The notes: generated by a model not told the origin, from the letters alone. Shown: positions 43,850 to 53,001, numbered from the stretch's first letter. The stretch: DNA of 64,000 nt from an uncultured Desulfobacterales bacterium (GCA_964647905.1 CAZYJR010000019.1:928-64927); one strand, 5' to 3'. Made by a program: numbers and translations.

Positions 43850-44526
43850 AAATACGCCTCCTTGGCTACCCTGTGCTCGGCCGCCTTCTTGCTCTTCCCC
43901 CGAGCCTCGGCCACAACCCGACCCCCTAAGCGCAAGGCTATCAGAAAAGTCCGGTCATGGGGAGGGCCTGTTTCCCTGACCAGCACATACTCGGGCCGGA
44001 GCTTGAACCGCTCCTGGGTGTACTCCTGGATCAGGCTCTTATAGTCGAGATGGTCCTGCTCCAGGGCCGCCTCCCGGACCAGGGGTTCAAAAAGCTCCTG
44101 GACCATCTCCCTGGTCCGAGGGAAGCCGGCATCCAGATAAACCGCGCCTATCAGCGCCTCCAGGGCATTCGCCAAGATGGAGGGCTTCCGCCTCCCCTGG
44201 GTAAGCTCCTCTCCTCTTCCCAGGATCAGATATTCGCCCAAATCCATGTTGCGGGCTATCCTGCTCAGACTCCGTTCATTGACCACCATGGCCCTGAGCT
44301 TTGAAAGGTATCCCTCCGGGGCGTCTTCAAAGACCTCCACCAACAAGTGGCTGACTGCCAAGTCCAGCACCGCATCCCCGAGGAACTCGAGGCGCTCGTT
44401 GTCCTTTAGGGCGAGATCCGGCGCCTCATTGACATAAGAGGAATGGCGAAAGGCCTGTTCGAGGAGTGATTGGTCCTGGAAGTGATACCCCAGACGGTCG
44501 CAGAGGGAATGGAAATCGGTCGTCAT
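43819..44526 (-). CDS. rnc: ribonuclease III
   Basis: Signature ..NERLEFLGDAVLDL.. and a C-terminal dsRBD (..GPPHDRTF..A.GKSKKAAEH..AKEA). 235 aa. Confidence 0.9.
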   Translation of the reverse strand: MTTDFHSLCDRLGYHFQDQSLLEQAFRHSSYVNEAPDLALKDNERLEFLGDAVLDLAVSHLLVEVFEDAPEGYLSKLRAMVVNERSLSRIARNMDLGEYLILGRGEELTQGRRKPSILANALEALIGAVYLDAGFPRTREMVQELFEPLVREAALEQDHLDYKSLIQEYTQERFKLRPEYVLVRETGPPHDRTFLIALRLGGRVVAEARGKSKKAAEHRVAKEAYFCLTRDKETP

Positions 44527-44618
44527 TAGCCGGCAGATACCCCTTTTTCATTTGCTTTCTACTTCAGGCGGTAATAGAATACAAGTTTTTACTTCAGCCT
44601 ACATTCTCAAGGGGGCTT

Positions 44619-45167
44619 ATGAAGAAGAGAGTAATCCTCGGGCAAGAGGAAATCCAGTCAAGGATCCTGCGGATGGCCGAGGAGATCCTGCAAAGGAATC
44701 CATCCATGGACGAGGTGGTCCTGGTGGGGATCCGCACGGGCGGCGCCTATTTGGCCACCAGGCTACAGGAGGCCATACGCAGGCTGAACGGCTCGGCATC
44801 GCCTACGGGCGCGCTGGACATCACCCTTTACCGGGACGACTGGACACGGATCGCCAACACGCCGATTGTCGGAAAGACCGAGCTCCCCTGCCCCATAGAA
44901 GACAAGACGGTGATCCTGGTCGACGACGTCTTGTTCACCGGACGGACGGTGAGGGCCGCCATGGACGCGCTGATAGATTACGGCCGGCCCCGCAGGATCG
45001 AGCTGGCCATACTGGCGGACAGAGGCGATGAGGGAAGAGAACTCCCCATAACGGCCAACTATGTGGGAGGGACGTGGGAAGCCTCCCCCAGGGAGACCAT
45101 AAACGTATATCTCGAAGAAGAAGGCTTTGACGACCACGTGACCATTGAAGCCAAAGAGGCGGCCTGA
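44619..45167 (+). CDS. pyrR: bifunctional pyr operon regulator / uracil phosphoribosyltransferase
   Basis: MKKRVILGQEEIQSRILRMAEEI.., ..LVGIRTGG.., and PRPP motif VILVDDVLFTGRTVRAA. ATG 44619 has RBS AAGGGGG. The track ORF's upstream 51 aa are discarded. Confidence 0.85.
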   Translation: MKKRVILGQEEIQSRILRMAEEILQRNPSMDEVVLVGIRTGGAYLATRLQEAIRRLNGSASPTGALDITLYRDDWTRIANTPIVGKTELPCPIEDKTVILVDDVLFTGRTVRAAMDALIDYGRPRRIELAILADRGDEGRELPITANYVGGTWEASPRETINVYLEEEGFDDHVTIEAKEAA

Positions 45168-45172
45168 GAACG

Positions 45173-46411
45173 GTGGCGAAAAAGAGATCTCCGAAAAGGA
45201 AGAAGAGTAAAGACAAGACGGCGACCCTCCGGCCCGAGGAAGCGGCCCGGCTCGAAGGGCTCCTGGCTCGCGCCCATGACCTGGATCCGTCCGGGATCCG
45301 GGATGAACTAGGCGGGCCGGAAACCGCCGCGGCCTTCCTGCAGAGGCTTCCGGCGGCTGACCCCGAGCTGGTTCCCTTGCTGGGCGCGATAAGGGAGGCA
45401 TACCAGGAAAAGGAGGTCCGAAAAGCCCTTCGCAGGGCGGCCTTCAGGTTTGAGCAGAAGGGTATACCCGTCCCGGATGAAACAGAGAAAGACCCCCCGG
45501 CGCTTCGAGCGGTCCCCGGGACTCAGGAGGCGTTCGCCTATCTCACTCCTTTCGAGGCCCTCGGCGACAGGAGCGTCCTTCTGGCCGCCCCCTCACCATC
45601 CTTTCAATTGACCATGTGTGTGGGAATAGTACACGACCTTGAAGGGATAAAGACCATGACGGCCCTCCCCTTGAACAGGAAAAAGGCTAGGGAAGCCAGG
45701 AATGTATTCCTCCAAGACTTCCCTCACGCAGTGGAGGCCTCGCCGGGGCATGCCCTCGGGGTCCTGGAAAGGGCCTACCAGGCCGATCGATCATCGCCCG
45801 GGGCATCCGATTACCTGCAACTGAGGCCTTTGCTGCTCTCAGCCTTGGGGCCCGGGGAAGAGGCCCCGATTCAGGGTCTGATCCCGCCGGATTCAGGGGC
45901 CGGGCTCCCTTTCACCGAATCAATGGCCGCCCGACTTATGGACCACGAGCTCTTCAGGGACTGGATACTGGACCCGGAGGAAGTGGACCCCCTGGCCGAT
46001 GAGATCCGGGAGGCTGAAGAGAGCCCCTTGCATCTTACTCAAGAGCAGGTATCGGCCAGGGTGGAGGAACTGGAGAAGAAGGCCGTCCAGCGGATCTTCA
46101 CGGAGACGAGACGCAATGCCTACCGGTTCCGGCTGGCGGAATCCGCTTACATCCTCCACATGAGAGGGGAGGAGGAGTATGCGCGCCTGGCCCTCAGGGC
46201 CGCCCTCAGCCTGGATGAGCCCGACTCCCTTTTCCAGGTTAATCCCTTCCTGATGCTCCTCACCCAGCGGTGCCTTGCCATGGCCTACGAGGAACCGGAG
46301 ACCGAGCAAGAGCCCCTTGAACCCGCAGGCCCTCAGCAAAGCCTGACCCTGCCCGGATTGAATCCCGATCCCTCAAGCCAGTCCCGGACCGCCCCCAACA
46401 GGAGCCGGTAG
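45173..46411 (+). CDS. hypothetical protein (412 aa, Lys-rich N-terminus)
   Basis: Long clean ORF starting 3 nt after the pyrR stop, MAKKRSPKRKKSKDK... No recognisable motif. Confidence 0.5.
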   Translation: MAKKRSPKRKKSKDKTATLRPEEAARLEGLLARAHDLDPSGIRDELGGPETAAAFLQRLPAADPELVPLLGAIREAYQEKEVRKALRRAAFRFEQKGIPVPDETEKDPPALRAVPGTQEAFAYLTPFEALGDRSVLLAAPSPSFQLTMCVGIVHDLEGIKTMTALPLNRKKAREARNVFLQDFPHAVEASPGHALGVLERAYQADRSSPGASDYLQLRPLLLSALGPGEEAPIQGLIPPDSGAGLPFTESMAARLMDHELFRDWILDPEEVDPLADEIREAEESPLHLTQEQVSARVEELEKKAVQRIFTETRRNAYRFRLAESAYILHMRGEEEYARLALRAALSLDEPDSLFQVNPFLMLLTQRCLAMAYEEPETEQEPLEPAGPQQSLTLPGLNPDPSSQSRTAPNRSR

Positions 46412-47235
46412 TAGCGGTTGCCCCCGCCCAGGCCCCGGCGGCCGAAATAGTAGTTGACCTCGAGCAGGATCGGTGAAGGGTCGGGAGCCTCCAAATCGAA
46501 GACCATGTCCACGGCCGCCAGGTTGATTCCCGCACGCTCCCTCAGCTCCATCGCCTGAGCCCTGCCCTTGGCCTGAAGCCCCGGGCGCCATTCCCGGTCC
46601 ACCCGGGCCCCGCGGCTGACAGTGGCCAGTATCTCGCCCTCCCCGGCCCGTTTCCAGTAACTCAGGACCCTCTTCTCGAATATCACGGCCCTCAGGGCGT
46701 TCCCGCCCGAAGGGACCAGGCGCTGGGTCACAAAACCCCCTGAGTCCGAGCGCTCATTCACCTCCAGCATATCCATGATCCCAGCCAGGTCCTCGCGGCG
46801 ATGCACCATCCATACCCCTTCCCCTTCGTGCGTGAAGTCCGCCTTTATAAGGAACGGGGTATCATGTGGAAGGCGTTCCTCTTCCGCCAACCACGCCTTG
46901 AGACTTTGAGCCGAGGGCCAGCACCTGGTCTCCGGATGGGGGAAGCCCAGATCCGCGAACATCCGGGCCTGACCGGACTTGCCGGGATAAGCGAAGCGGG
47001 GCCCGTAGCAGGGAAAGAGCACCGCCCCGGAGGATTCGGCGGCCCGATAAAGGGCCTCGGAGCAGCTCTGGGGCAGGATTATGGCCTCGGCCCCGGCCAG
47101 CTCCCCGGACAGGACCGAGTCCACCGGCCTGGGGCCCGGAATTATCTGTTTGTCGGCCAGAATCAGGGGGTGGAGAGACAGGATCACCTTCTCGATTTCC
47201 TCCCGGGCTAGTTTGACTTGGCCAGGCACAGGCAT
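46333..47235 (-). CDS. ATP-grasp (RimK-like) family protein
   Basis: The C-terminal half reads ..FLIKADFTHEGEGVWMV..GGFVTQRLV..LRAVIF..AAVDMVFD....PILLEVNYYFG.., which resembles the ATP-grasp fold. The start is taken at MPVPGQVKL (ATG 47235). Confidence 0.6.
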   Translation of the reverse strand: MPVPGQVKLAREEIEKVILSLHPLILADKQIIPGPRPVDSVLSGELAGAEAIILPQSCSEALYRAAESSGAVLFPCYGPRFAYPGKSGQARMFADLGFPHPETRCWPSAQSLKAWLAEEERLPHDTPFLIKADFTHEGEGVWMVHRREDLAGIMDMLEVNERSDSGGFVTQRLVPSGGNALRAVIFEKRVLSYWKRAGEGEILATVSRGARVDREWRPGLQAKGRAQAMELRERAGINLAAVDMVFDLEAPDPSPILLEVNYYFGRRGLGGGNRYYRLLLGAVRDWLEGSGFNPGRVRLC

Positions 47236-47241
47236 TATAGT
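47213..47241 (+). promoter_or_regulatory. sigma70-type promoter TTGACT-N17-TATAGT
   Basis: -35 TTGACT at 47213-47218, a 17-nt spacer, and -10 TATAGT at 47236-47241. It lies ~115 nt upstream of the FmdB-like gene at 47358. Confidence 0.5.
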
Positions 47242-47357
47242 ACGTATTGCGGGATGTACAAGCGCCGCCGCCCGCGACCCGAGAGGGTGCCTCCGGGGGG
47301 CGGCCCGGCGCATCAAGGATCGGCCGTTTCGAGGGCCGGGAAAGACAAGGGATTGAG

Positions 47358-47603
47358 ATGCCTATATACGAGTTCAGATGTGTTCAATGCGGCCGGGTCT
47401 TCGAGAAGATCCTCATGGGCGGAGACGACCAGGTGAATATGGCCTGTCCGGAGTGCTCGGCAACAGAAGTGGAAAGGGTGGTGAGCGTCGCCAACTATGC
47501 CATGGGATCGGTCAATGCGAACAAACAGCCCAAGATAAGCACCAAGTCCTGCAGTCCGGGGAATTCATGCACCACACTGGAGCTCCCCGGTCACAGCAGG
47601 TGA
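47358..47603 (+). CDS. FmdB-family zinc-ribbon protein (second copy in window)
   Basis: MPIYEFRCVQCGRVFEKIL..MACPECSATEVERVVS... The track ORF's 37-aa upstream extension is discarded. Confidence 0.8.
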   Translation: MPIYEFRCVQCGRVFEKILMGGDDQVNMACPECSATEVERVVSVANYAMGSVNANKQPKISTKSCSPGNSCTTLELPGHSR

Positions 47604-47638
47604 CGCGCCGAGCTCGATCTGAAACGGAGCGCCCCTCT

Positions 47639-47884
47639 GTGATAACAAAGCCTGCACAAGTCCCCGAACTGAGCGATGAGGACCGGCTCTTCATCCGGGA
47701 GGTCTTCGAGGAGCGTGTAGTCCCCCGGCTGCGCTCATACCATGCGAGGACGGGATCCTTGGGCTGCGGCTTCGCAGGCCCGGGATACGCCGACTGGGTC
47801 GCCTGCTTCCGTTCTTCCGGCGACGGCTATGAGATCACCGATCTCGAGTATGACCCCGACGCCCGGGGGCTGGATCTGGGATGA
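47639..47884 (+). CDS. hypothetical small acidic protein (81 aa)
   Basis: GTG 47639 is the first plausible start after the FmdB stop, in the frame of track ORF 47378-47884. Its stop overlaps the next start (ATGA at 47881-47884). The sequence ..LSDEDRLFIREVFEERVVPRLRSY.. has coding-like composition. Confidence 0.4.
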   Translation: MITKPAQVPELSDEDRLFIREVFEERVVPRLRSYHARTGSLGCGFAGPGYADWVACFRSSGDGYEITDLEYDPDARGLDLG

Positions 47885-49011
47885 AGGTCAACATGGATTC
47901 CTTTTTCGACCGTAAATTCCTCGGGCGGGAGGTGATCAAACGCCCCGCCTGCCCCTTCTGTGGTCTGATCATAGGCCCGCCGGTGGAGCTTTCCACACGC
48001 AGGGGAGGGGAGCTCCCAGTAGGGTCATGCACCTGCGGGGCGGTCTATGCCTGTGACGAGACCGGCAGAAACGCGGGATCCGCCCAGGTCGAGGCCCTGG
48101 TGTTCGCGTGCGACATGGATTGGGACCTGGCCTGGGACCTCCTCCCGGACGAGGACTACCGCCAGGAGATGGTGGAGCACTATGATTACATGAACCACCT
48201 GGTGATCCCCGGGGGATTCTTCGAGAGCAGGCGTATCTCGGGCGTGCTCTTTTTTGTGAGGCTTCATGACGATGTCCTGGAGGTCACGGCCGGCGGGGTT
48301 AGAAAGCGCCTGGGCCGGGCCGGGCCGGCCAAGGCCCCACCGAGCCGAGAGGCGGGCAAGGGGCCCAAGGCTTCACGCCCTCTCACCAAGCAGGAAGTTG
48401 AGAATTACGTGCGGGAGTACCGCATGGAGCCCTTGATCGAGGCCGCGCCCACGGACCGCAAGCTGATAAGGACAATACAGAGGCTCCTCTACACCGGGGA
48501 CGAACTCATGCGGCGGAGGGCCGCCGACGCCCTCGGCCGGGTGAGCGCCGTCTTGGGCGAGACGAACCCTGGGGCGGTATCCAGGCTGCTCCAGGGATTC
48601 TTCTACTCCATAACCGACACCGCTGCATCCAGTTGGGGGGCGTTCGAGGCCATCGGGGAGATCGTCTGGCGCCGACCCGAATTCTACGGCGGCTACCTCC
48701 CCCAGCTCTTCCAGTTCCTCGGTGATCCCACCCGCCGCTCCCCCAGCCTGGAGGCCATCGCCTCGGTCGCCCAGGTCCGGCCCGACCTCCTGCGCAAGTA
48801 CACCTTCCACTTCCAGGTCTACTTGGGGGACGAAAACCCTTCGGTCAGGGGCCATGCCGCCCGGTTGATGGGCAGCCTGGGCGCGCGGGAGATGAAAGAG
48901 GACATCGAGAGGCTCCTCCCGGACACCCACGGGATCAGCATTTATCACGAAGGGGAGTTCCAAGAGCGGACAGTGGGTCAACTCGCCCGCGAGGCATTGG
49001 CCAATCTATGA
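47881..49011 (+). CDS. hypothetical protein: N-terminal Cys-cluster (zinc-ribbon-like) domain + C-terminal HEAT/ARM-like helical repeats
   Basis: ..RPACPFCGLIIGPP..GSCTCGAVYACDE.. followed by repeated ..RRRAADALGRV.. / ..VRGHAARLMGSLG.. helices typical of HEAT-like repeats. Both ends are ATGA-coupled to the neighbouring genes. Confidence 0.6.
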   Translation: MKVNMDSFFDRKFLGREVIKRPACPFCGLIIGPPVELSTRRGGELPVGSCTCGAVYACDETGRNAGSAQVEALVFACDMDWDLAWDLLPDEDYRQEMVEHYDYMNHLVIPGGFFESRRISGVLFFVRLHDDVLEVTAGGVRKRLGRAGPAKAPPSREAGKGPKASRPLTKQEVENYVREYRMEPLIEAAPTDRKLIRTIQRLLYTGDELMRRRAADALGRVSAVLGETNPGAVSRLLQGFFYSITDTAASSWGAFEAIGEIVWRRPEFYGGYLPQLFQFLGDPTRRSPSLEAIASVAQVRPDLLRKYTFHFQVYLGDENPSVRGHAARLMGSLGAREMKEDIERLLPDTHGISIYHEGEFQERTVGQLAREALANL

Positions 49012-50147
49012 AAGCCGCTTACTCGGCCGCCTCCCCGGAAGGAGGCATCCCCCTGGGAGACCGTGAGCTGGAGGCGTCCTTCCTCACCAAACCCGGACGG
49101 GCCCATCCCTTCCTGACCCTGGGAGACTATTTCAGGGCGCTAAACCGATTCATCTCGGACCTGGTTGATCGCAACGCAATACCGGGAGTTTCAGGGGAGC
49201 CGGAGCGGCTGGCCATAAGGAGCGAAAAGCACGGGGCGTTCGCCCACATCGCGAGCATCGAGATAGTATCAGGGGAGCGGCGGGTCAATCTCTGCACTGC
49301 CGCCGCTCTTTCCGGTGGCGGCGGAGAGGCCTTGGAGCGGGAGTACCAAACCCTGCTGAGACTGGCGAGCTCCCCTGGGTCCCCTTATCTTCCCCACCCG
49401 ATCGGCCTGGAGGAGATCTCTCTCGGCCCCGGCGGGCGGGAGAACCTCACCGTTCTCCTGACCGACTGGTTCGAAGGCTTTCACGAATGGCACCTGCACC
49501 CGGGCGCCCCGGGATCACCGCCAGGGGTCCTGGTTTGGGACCATACATCGGGCCACCGCAGGGCCGAGGCCGCCGAGATCGAGCGCCTGTTCGAGGAGGC
49601 GGCCCGGATCCTCACCCTGTGCTACGAACCGGAGACTTTCGATCAGATCACCATGTGGCACCATGCAGCAGGGGACTTCATTATCAGGAGCACCCCGGAC
49701 GCCTCTGAAGTGCGCCTGTGCACGGCCAGGGACTTCGCCCCCTTGCCCGGGATCGGCGCTGCGGAGACCACGGCCCCGGTGGCACTGGTCTACTTCCTTC
49801 TCAACACCGTCCTGAGGATGCGCCTTGACAAACGCGACGGGGTGGGGGAAGCGGTTTGGGCGGGAGAAGGGGTGGTAAGGCCGTCGGTGGCGGGCTTTTT
49901 CAAGGGAATACGATCCACAGGGGCCGCCTCCCGGGCTGGAGTGGGGAACCCCGAAGACCTGCTGGATCTCTTGCGCTCCTTCACCCCGGAAGAGCTCGAG
50001 GGGCTTCACGGCCCGCTCCTCTCCCTCTACCCGGAAGGCGATCCGATGGAGACGGATCTCATGGAAGAGAACCTCCCGGAGCACTCCTTCACTCTGTGGC
50101 GGGTGCTTCGAGAGGCTCGTGTATCAAGGCCTCCAGAGGGGTGGTAA
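49008..50147 (+). CDS. hypothetical protein (379 aa)
   Basis: Clean ORF coupled by ATGA to the preceding gene. No family recognised. ..MWHHAAGDFIIRS.. is faintly reminiscent of a kinase-like catalytic loop, which is speculative. Confidence 0.5.
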   Translation: MKAAYSAASPEGGIPLGDRELEASFLTKPGRAHPFLTLGDYFRALNRFISDLVDRNAIPGVSGEPERLAIRSEKHGAFAHIASIEIVSGERRVNLCTAAALSGGGGEALEREYQTLLRLASSPGSPYLPHPIGLEEISLGPGGRENLTVLLTDWFEGFHEWHLHPGAPGSPPGVLVWDHTSGHRRAEAAEIERLFEEAARILTLCYEPETFDQITMWHHAAGDFIIRSTPDASEVRLCTARDFAPLPGIGAAETTAPVALVYFLLNTVLRMRLDKRDGVGEAVWAGEGVVRPSVAGFFKGIRSTGAASRAGVGNPEDLLDLLRSFTPEELEGLHGPLLSLYPEGDPMETDLMEENLPEHSFTLWRVLREARVSRPPEGW

Positions 50148-50745
50148 GGGCCTTGGAGACCGATATCAACAGCCCGGACCTTGCCGGATCCGCCCCTCCG
50201 GCCTTTTCCACCAGTTCCCTGGACATGTCGAACAGATCCCGGTAGAACCCGTCCAGGTCGAACGCGGGGTAAGACCCGCCCTGCTCGAAACCGGCCAGGT
50301 GGCAGACCCTCGCCCTGCCCTCAATCTTGGCGGGTATGCCGTAGACGCGGCAGGTGATCGGCCTTTGCGCGTAGAGTAAGCATTCCCGCCCCTCGTCGAG
50401 CAGCGGGCACCGGACCCGCTCTGCGGCAAGGAGCTCGTGCCCTCCTTCGGTTGCGCCCTCGGCCTCCCTGAGCCTTCTCTGGATAGAGGCCAGCTCCCGG
50501 TCCGCCCGGTTGCATCTCAGGATCACTTGGGATTTCGCCTCGGCCGGCGCTTGTGCGAAGTGGTACTGCAGGTAGGCGGCTTCAATAAGGAAAAGCCCGA
50601 ATACGGCATGGCAGCAGTCGTCGCAGTGCAGCTCGCAGCGCACACACTCCGGGTAGTCTTCGGACACCTTGCGGAAGGCCTGATCGGCCTTTGCGGCAAG
50701 GGCCTCGTAGCCGCGGAAGAGCTGGGACAGTTCGGCTTCCTTCAC
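50089..50745 (-). CDS. YkgJ-family cysteine-cluster protein (CxxCxxCC / UPF0153)
   Basis: ..ECVRCELHCDDCCHAVFGL.. and ..RCPLLDEGRECLLYAQRPITCRVYG.. are typical of PF03692. The GTG start overlaps the stop of the TPR gene. Confidence 0.75.
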   Translation of the reverse strand: MKEAELSQLFRGYEALAAKADQAFRKVSEDYPECVRCELHCDDCCHAVFGLFLIEAAYLQYHFAQAPAEAKSQVILRCNRADRELASIQRRLREAEGATEGGHELLAAERVRCPLLDEGRECLLYAQRPITCRVYGIPAKIEGRARVCHLAGFEQGGSYPAFDLDGFYRDLFDMSRELVEKAGGADPARSGLLISVSKALTTPLEALIHEPLEAPATE

Positions 50746-51362
50746 CTGTAAGGCTCCAATTCCTTCAAGAACTCTGGGTGCACCTGGAAACCGAGCTCGG
50801 CGGCCCGGTCCGCATGCTCCACGGCCTTTTCGAACTCATCCCTGGTAAAGTAGGCCACCGCCAGGTTGTTGTGCCCCAGGCCGAAGTCCGGGGCCATCTC
50901 CACCAGCCTTAAGCCTATCTCCACGGCCTTGTCCACCTCTTCCTTCTGGAGGTGGGCATTGACCAGGTTGCTCCAGGCCTGGACGATCTTGGGATTGAGC
51001 TCGATCGCCTTGTTCAGGGCCTCAATCGCCTCGCCTGTCCTCTCCATTTGAAGAAACGCAAATCCCATGTTGGCATAGCCCCTTGCGTACCTGGGCTCGA
51101 TTTCCACCGCCCTGCGGTTGGCCTCCACCACCCGCTCCAGATCACCCTGCTTGAAGTATATGTACCCGAGATTCACATAGCCTTCGAACATTCGGGCGCT
51201 GTTGCTTATGGCCTCGTTGAAGGCGTCTATCGCCTCCTCCAGCCTGCCCTGCTGCATCAGGGTCACACCCAGGTTGTAGGCCGAGTTGGCGCACTCGGGG
51301 TTCTCGGCCAGCTGGCGCTTCTGCTCGGCTATGAATTTCTCCGCGTCCTGCGGTTGCTTCAT
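50742..51362 (-). CDS. tetratricopeptide-repeat protein
   Basis: Several canonical 34-aa TPR units (..AYNLGVTLMQQGRLEEAIDAFNEAI.., ..YVNLGYIYFKQGDLERVVEANRRAVEIEP.., and others). The start is taken at MKQPQDAEK (ATG 51362). Confidence 0.8.
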   Translation of the reverse strand: MKQPQDAEKFIAEQKRQLAENPECANSAYNLGVTLMQQGRLEEAIDAFNEAISNSARMFEGYVNLGYIYFKQGDLERVVEANRRAVEIEPRYARGYANMGFAFLQMERTGEAIEALNKAIELNPKIVQAWSNLVNAHLQKEEVDKAVEIGLRLVEMAPDFGLGHNNLAVAYFTRDEFEKAVEHADRAAELGFQVHPEFLKELEPYR

Positions 51363-51476
51363 TTGCTTCTCCCGGCTCTCCCGTATCCGCGCACAACGGC
51401 CGTGCCCGGCTGAGAGATGAAAAGAGGCCGCAGTCCGCTCCCAGGCGTCCAGTGCGACCTCCCGTCGTGGTGTTCC

Positions 51477-51515
51477 GGTCCGGGACCGGGGCATGCGCAC
51501 GCCCGGCCCCGGACC
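51477..51515 (-). terminator. GC-rich stem-loop just after dsrD (attenuator/mRNA-stabiliser; no U-tract)
   Basis: Outer stem GGTCCGGG/CCCGGACC with additional inner pairing, starting 8 nt after the dsrD stop. Confidence 0.35.
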
Positions 51516-51522
51516 TCAAAGC

Positions 51523-51753
51523 CTAGTGATCCTCTGTCTGGCCGCGGCCCTTGAGGCCGTACATGGTGCTGCTCCCCGTGGAGAAGTAAATCAGTTTCTC
51601 CTCGTTGATCAAGGCGGTGGCAGCCTTCTTGACCTCCCTGGCCTTGGCCTCCGGGATCACCTTTCTTACGGCCTTTTCCAGGTCACTGAAATAGAATTTG
51701 GTCTTCTTGCTGCTCTCAGCGAAGTCCAGAATGGCCTTTTTCATCTCTTCCAT
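51523..51753 (-). CDS. dsrD: dissimilatory sulfite reductase D (DsrD)
   Basis: MEEMKKAILDFAESSKKTKFYFSDL....REVKKAATALINEEKLIYFSTGSSTMYGLKG is near-colinear with Desulfovibrio DsrD as I remember it. RBS AAGGGAG before ATG 51753. Confidence 0.9.
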   Translation of the reverse strand: MEEMKKAILDFAESSKKTKFYFSDLEKAVRKVIPEAKAREVKKAATALINEEKLIYFSTGSSTMYGLKGRGQTEDH

Positions 51754-51801
51754 GATGACTCCCTTTCTCACCCCGGTTGGGGGCGACTGCCTTTCGGCCG
51801 G

Positions 51802-52989
51802 CTACTCGATCCCGCCGGCCGCCTTGGATACGGCCCAGGCCGAGTCGGTATACTTGAAGTGGGTCGAGGTACGATACGTATCGTATTGCAGGCGATAGTC
51901 GTCGATCAAGTGCTCCGTGAACTCCAGATCGCATTTCTCGAAGAACTTTTCCCAGCCTATGCGCTCGGCCCAGTCCCCGATCCGCTCGTACTTCCTGGCG
52001 TCCCTGGCATATGCCTCCACGATCTTCTTAACGTCCCTGCATACCTCGGGATACCTGGGGAAGTTGTTCGGCAGAAACGGCACGACCACCTTGGAGAACT
52101 TCGGGGGGGTGATCCGGTTGGAGATCTTGCCCCCGGCCAGGATCGTAACCCCGTCGCCTTCCTTGTCCGAAAGCGGCAAAGCCATACACATGGTATAGCA
52201 GTTGCCGCAGAACATGCAGCGCTCTTGTTTGATCTTGACGGTTTTCTTTCCGTCTTCGGTCTTGGACGGAGATATGGCCGCCGTGGGGCAGGCCGCTATG
52301 ACCAGCGGGATCTCGCACACCTGGTCCAGGACCTGGTTGTCCACGATCGGGGGCTTCCTGTGGTAGCCCAACAGCGCGATGTCCGAGCAATGGACCGCCC
52401 CGCACATGTTGAGGCAGCAGGCCATTGAAATACGGACCTGTGCGGGGAACGTCATGCCCTGGAACTCCTCGAAGAGATCGTCCAGGACCGCCTTCACCAT
52501 GGAGGAAGCATCGGTCGCCGGGGTATGGCAGTGGATGTAACCCTGGGTGTGGACGATATTGGTCAAGCCCGCGCCGGTCCCGCCGATGGGGAACTTGTAG
52601 CTTCCTGATACGTGCTTGCGGCTCTGGAGGTCCTTCTTGAGGGCCTCCATCTTGTCCTGGCTGTCCACCATGAACTCGATATTGTTCCGTGTGGTGAACC
52701 TGACATAACCGTTGCAGTGCTTGTCGGCTATCTCGCAGATCTCCCTCACGTGCTCCACGGTCATGAACCGGCATCCTCCGCAGCGGACCGTGAAGACCTT
52801 GTCCCCTGTCTCGGATACGTGCACCAGCACGCCCGGCTCCAGGATCTCATGGTATTTCCACTTACCGTAGTTGTTCTGGATGATCGGCGGAAAATACTGC
52901 CAGAAGTGCCGCGGACCCAGGTCCGTCAGCCTGTTCTCCATCGGTTTGTCCGGATTGTAGCGTCCAAGCCTTTCTTGAGATAATGCCAT
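51802..52989 (-). CDS. dsrB: dissimilatory sulfite reductase, beta subunit
   Basis: ..[28 protein letters not shown].., ..[18 protein letters not shown].., ..[14 protein letters not shown].., and ferredoxin insert ..[18 protein letters not shown]... 395 aa. Confidence 0.95.
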   Translation of the reverse strand: MALSQERLGRYNPDKPMENRLTDLGPRHFWQYFPPIIQNNYGKWKYHEILEPGVLVHVSETGDKVFTVRCGGCRFMTVEHVREICEIADKHCNGYVRFTTRNNIEFMVDSQDKMEALKKDLQSRKHVSGSYKFPIGGTGAGLTNIVHTQGYIHCHTPATDASSMVKAVLDDLFEEFQGMTFPAQVRISMACCLNMCGAVHCSDIALLGYHRKPPIVDNQVLDQVCEIPLVIAACPTAAISPSKTEDGKKTVKIKQERCMFCGNCYTMCMALPLSDKEGDGVTILAGGKISNRITPPKFSKVVVPFLPNNFPRYPEVCRDVKKIVEAYARDARKYERIGDWAERIGWEKFFEKCDLEFTEHLIDDYRLQYDTYRTSTHFKYTDSAWAVSKAAGGIE

Positions 52990-53001
52990 GATTGCTCCCT
53001 C

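Noticed and set aside
44527-44618. PyrR-binding anti-antiterminator or attenuator upstream of pyrR
   Set aside because: No UCCAGAGAGG-type PyrR loop and no terminator hairpin are visible. There is only a weak direct repeat, TACTTCAG x2. This is not enough to call.
47219-47234. TGGCCAGGCACAGGCA as a sigma54 promoter for the FmdB cassette
   Set aside because: The GG-N10-GC register is met, but the -12 region is AGGC rather than TTGC. The same bases form the spacer of a much better sigma70 TTGACT-N17-TATAGT promoter.
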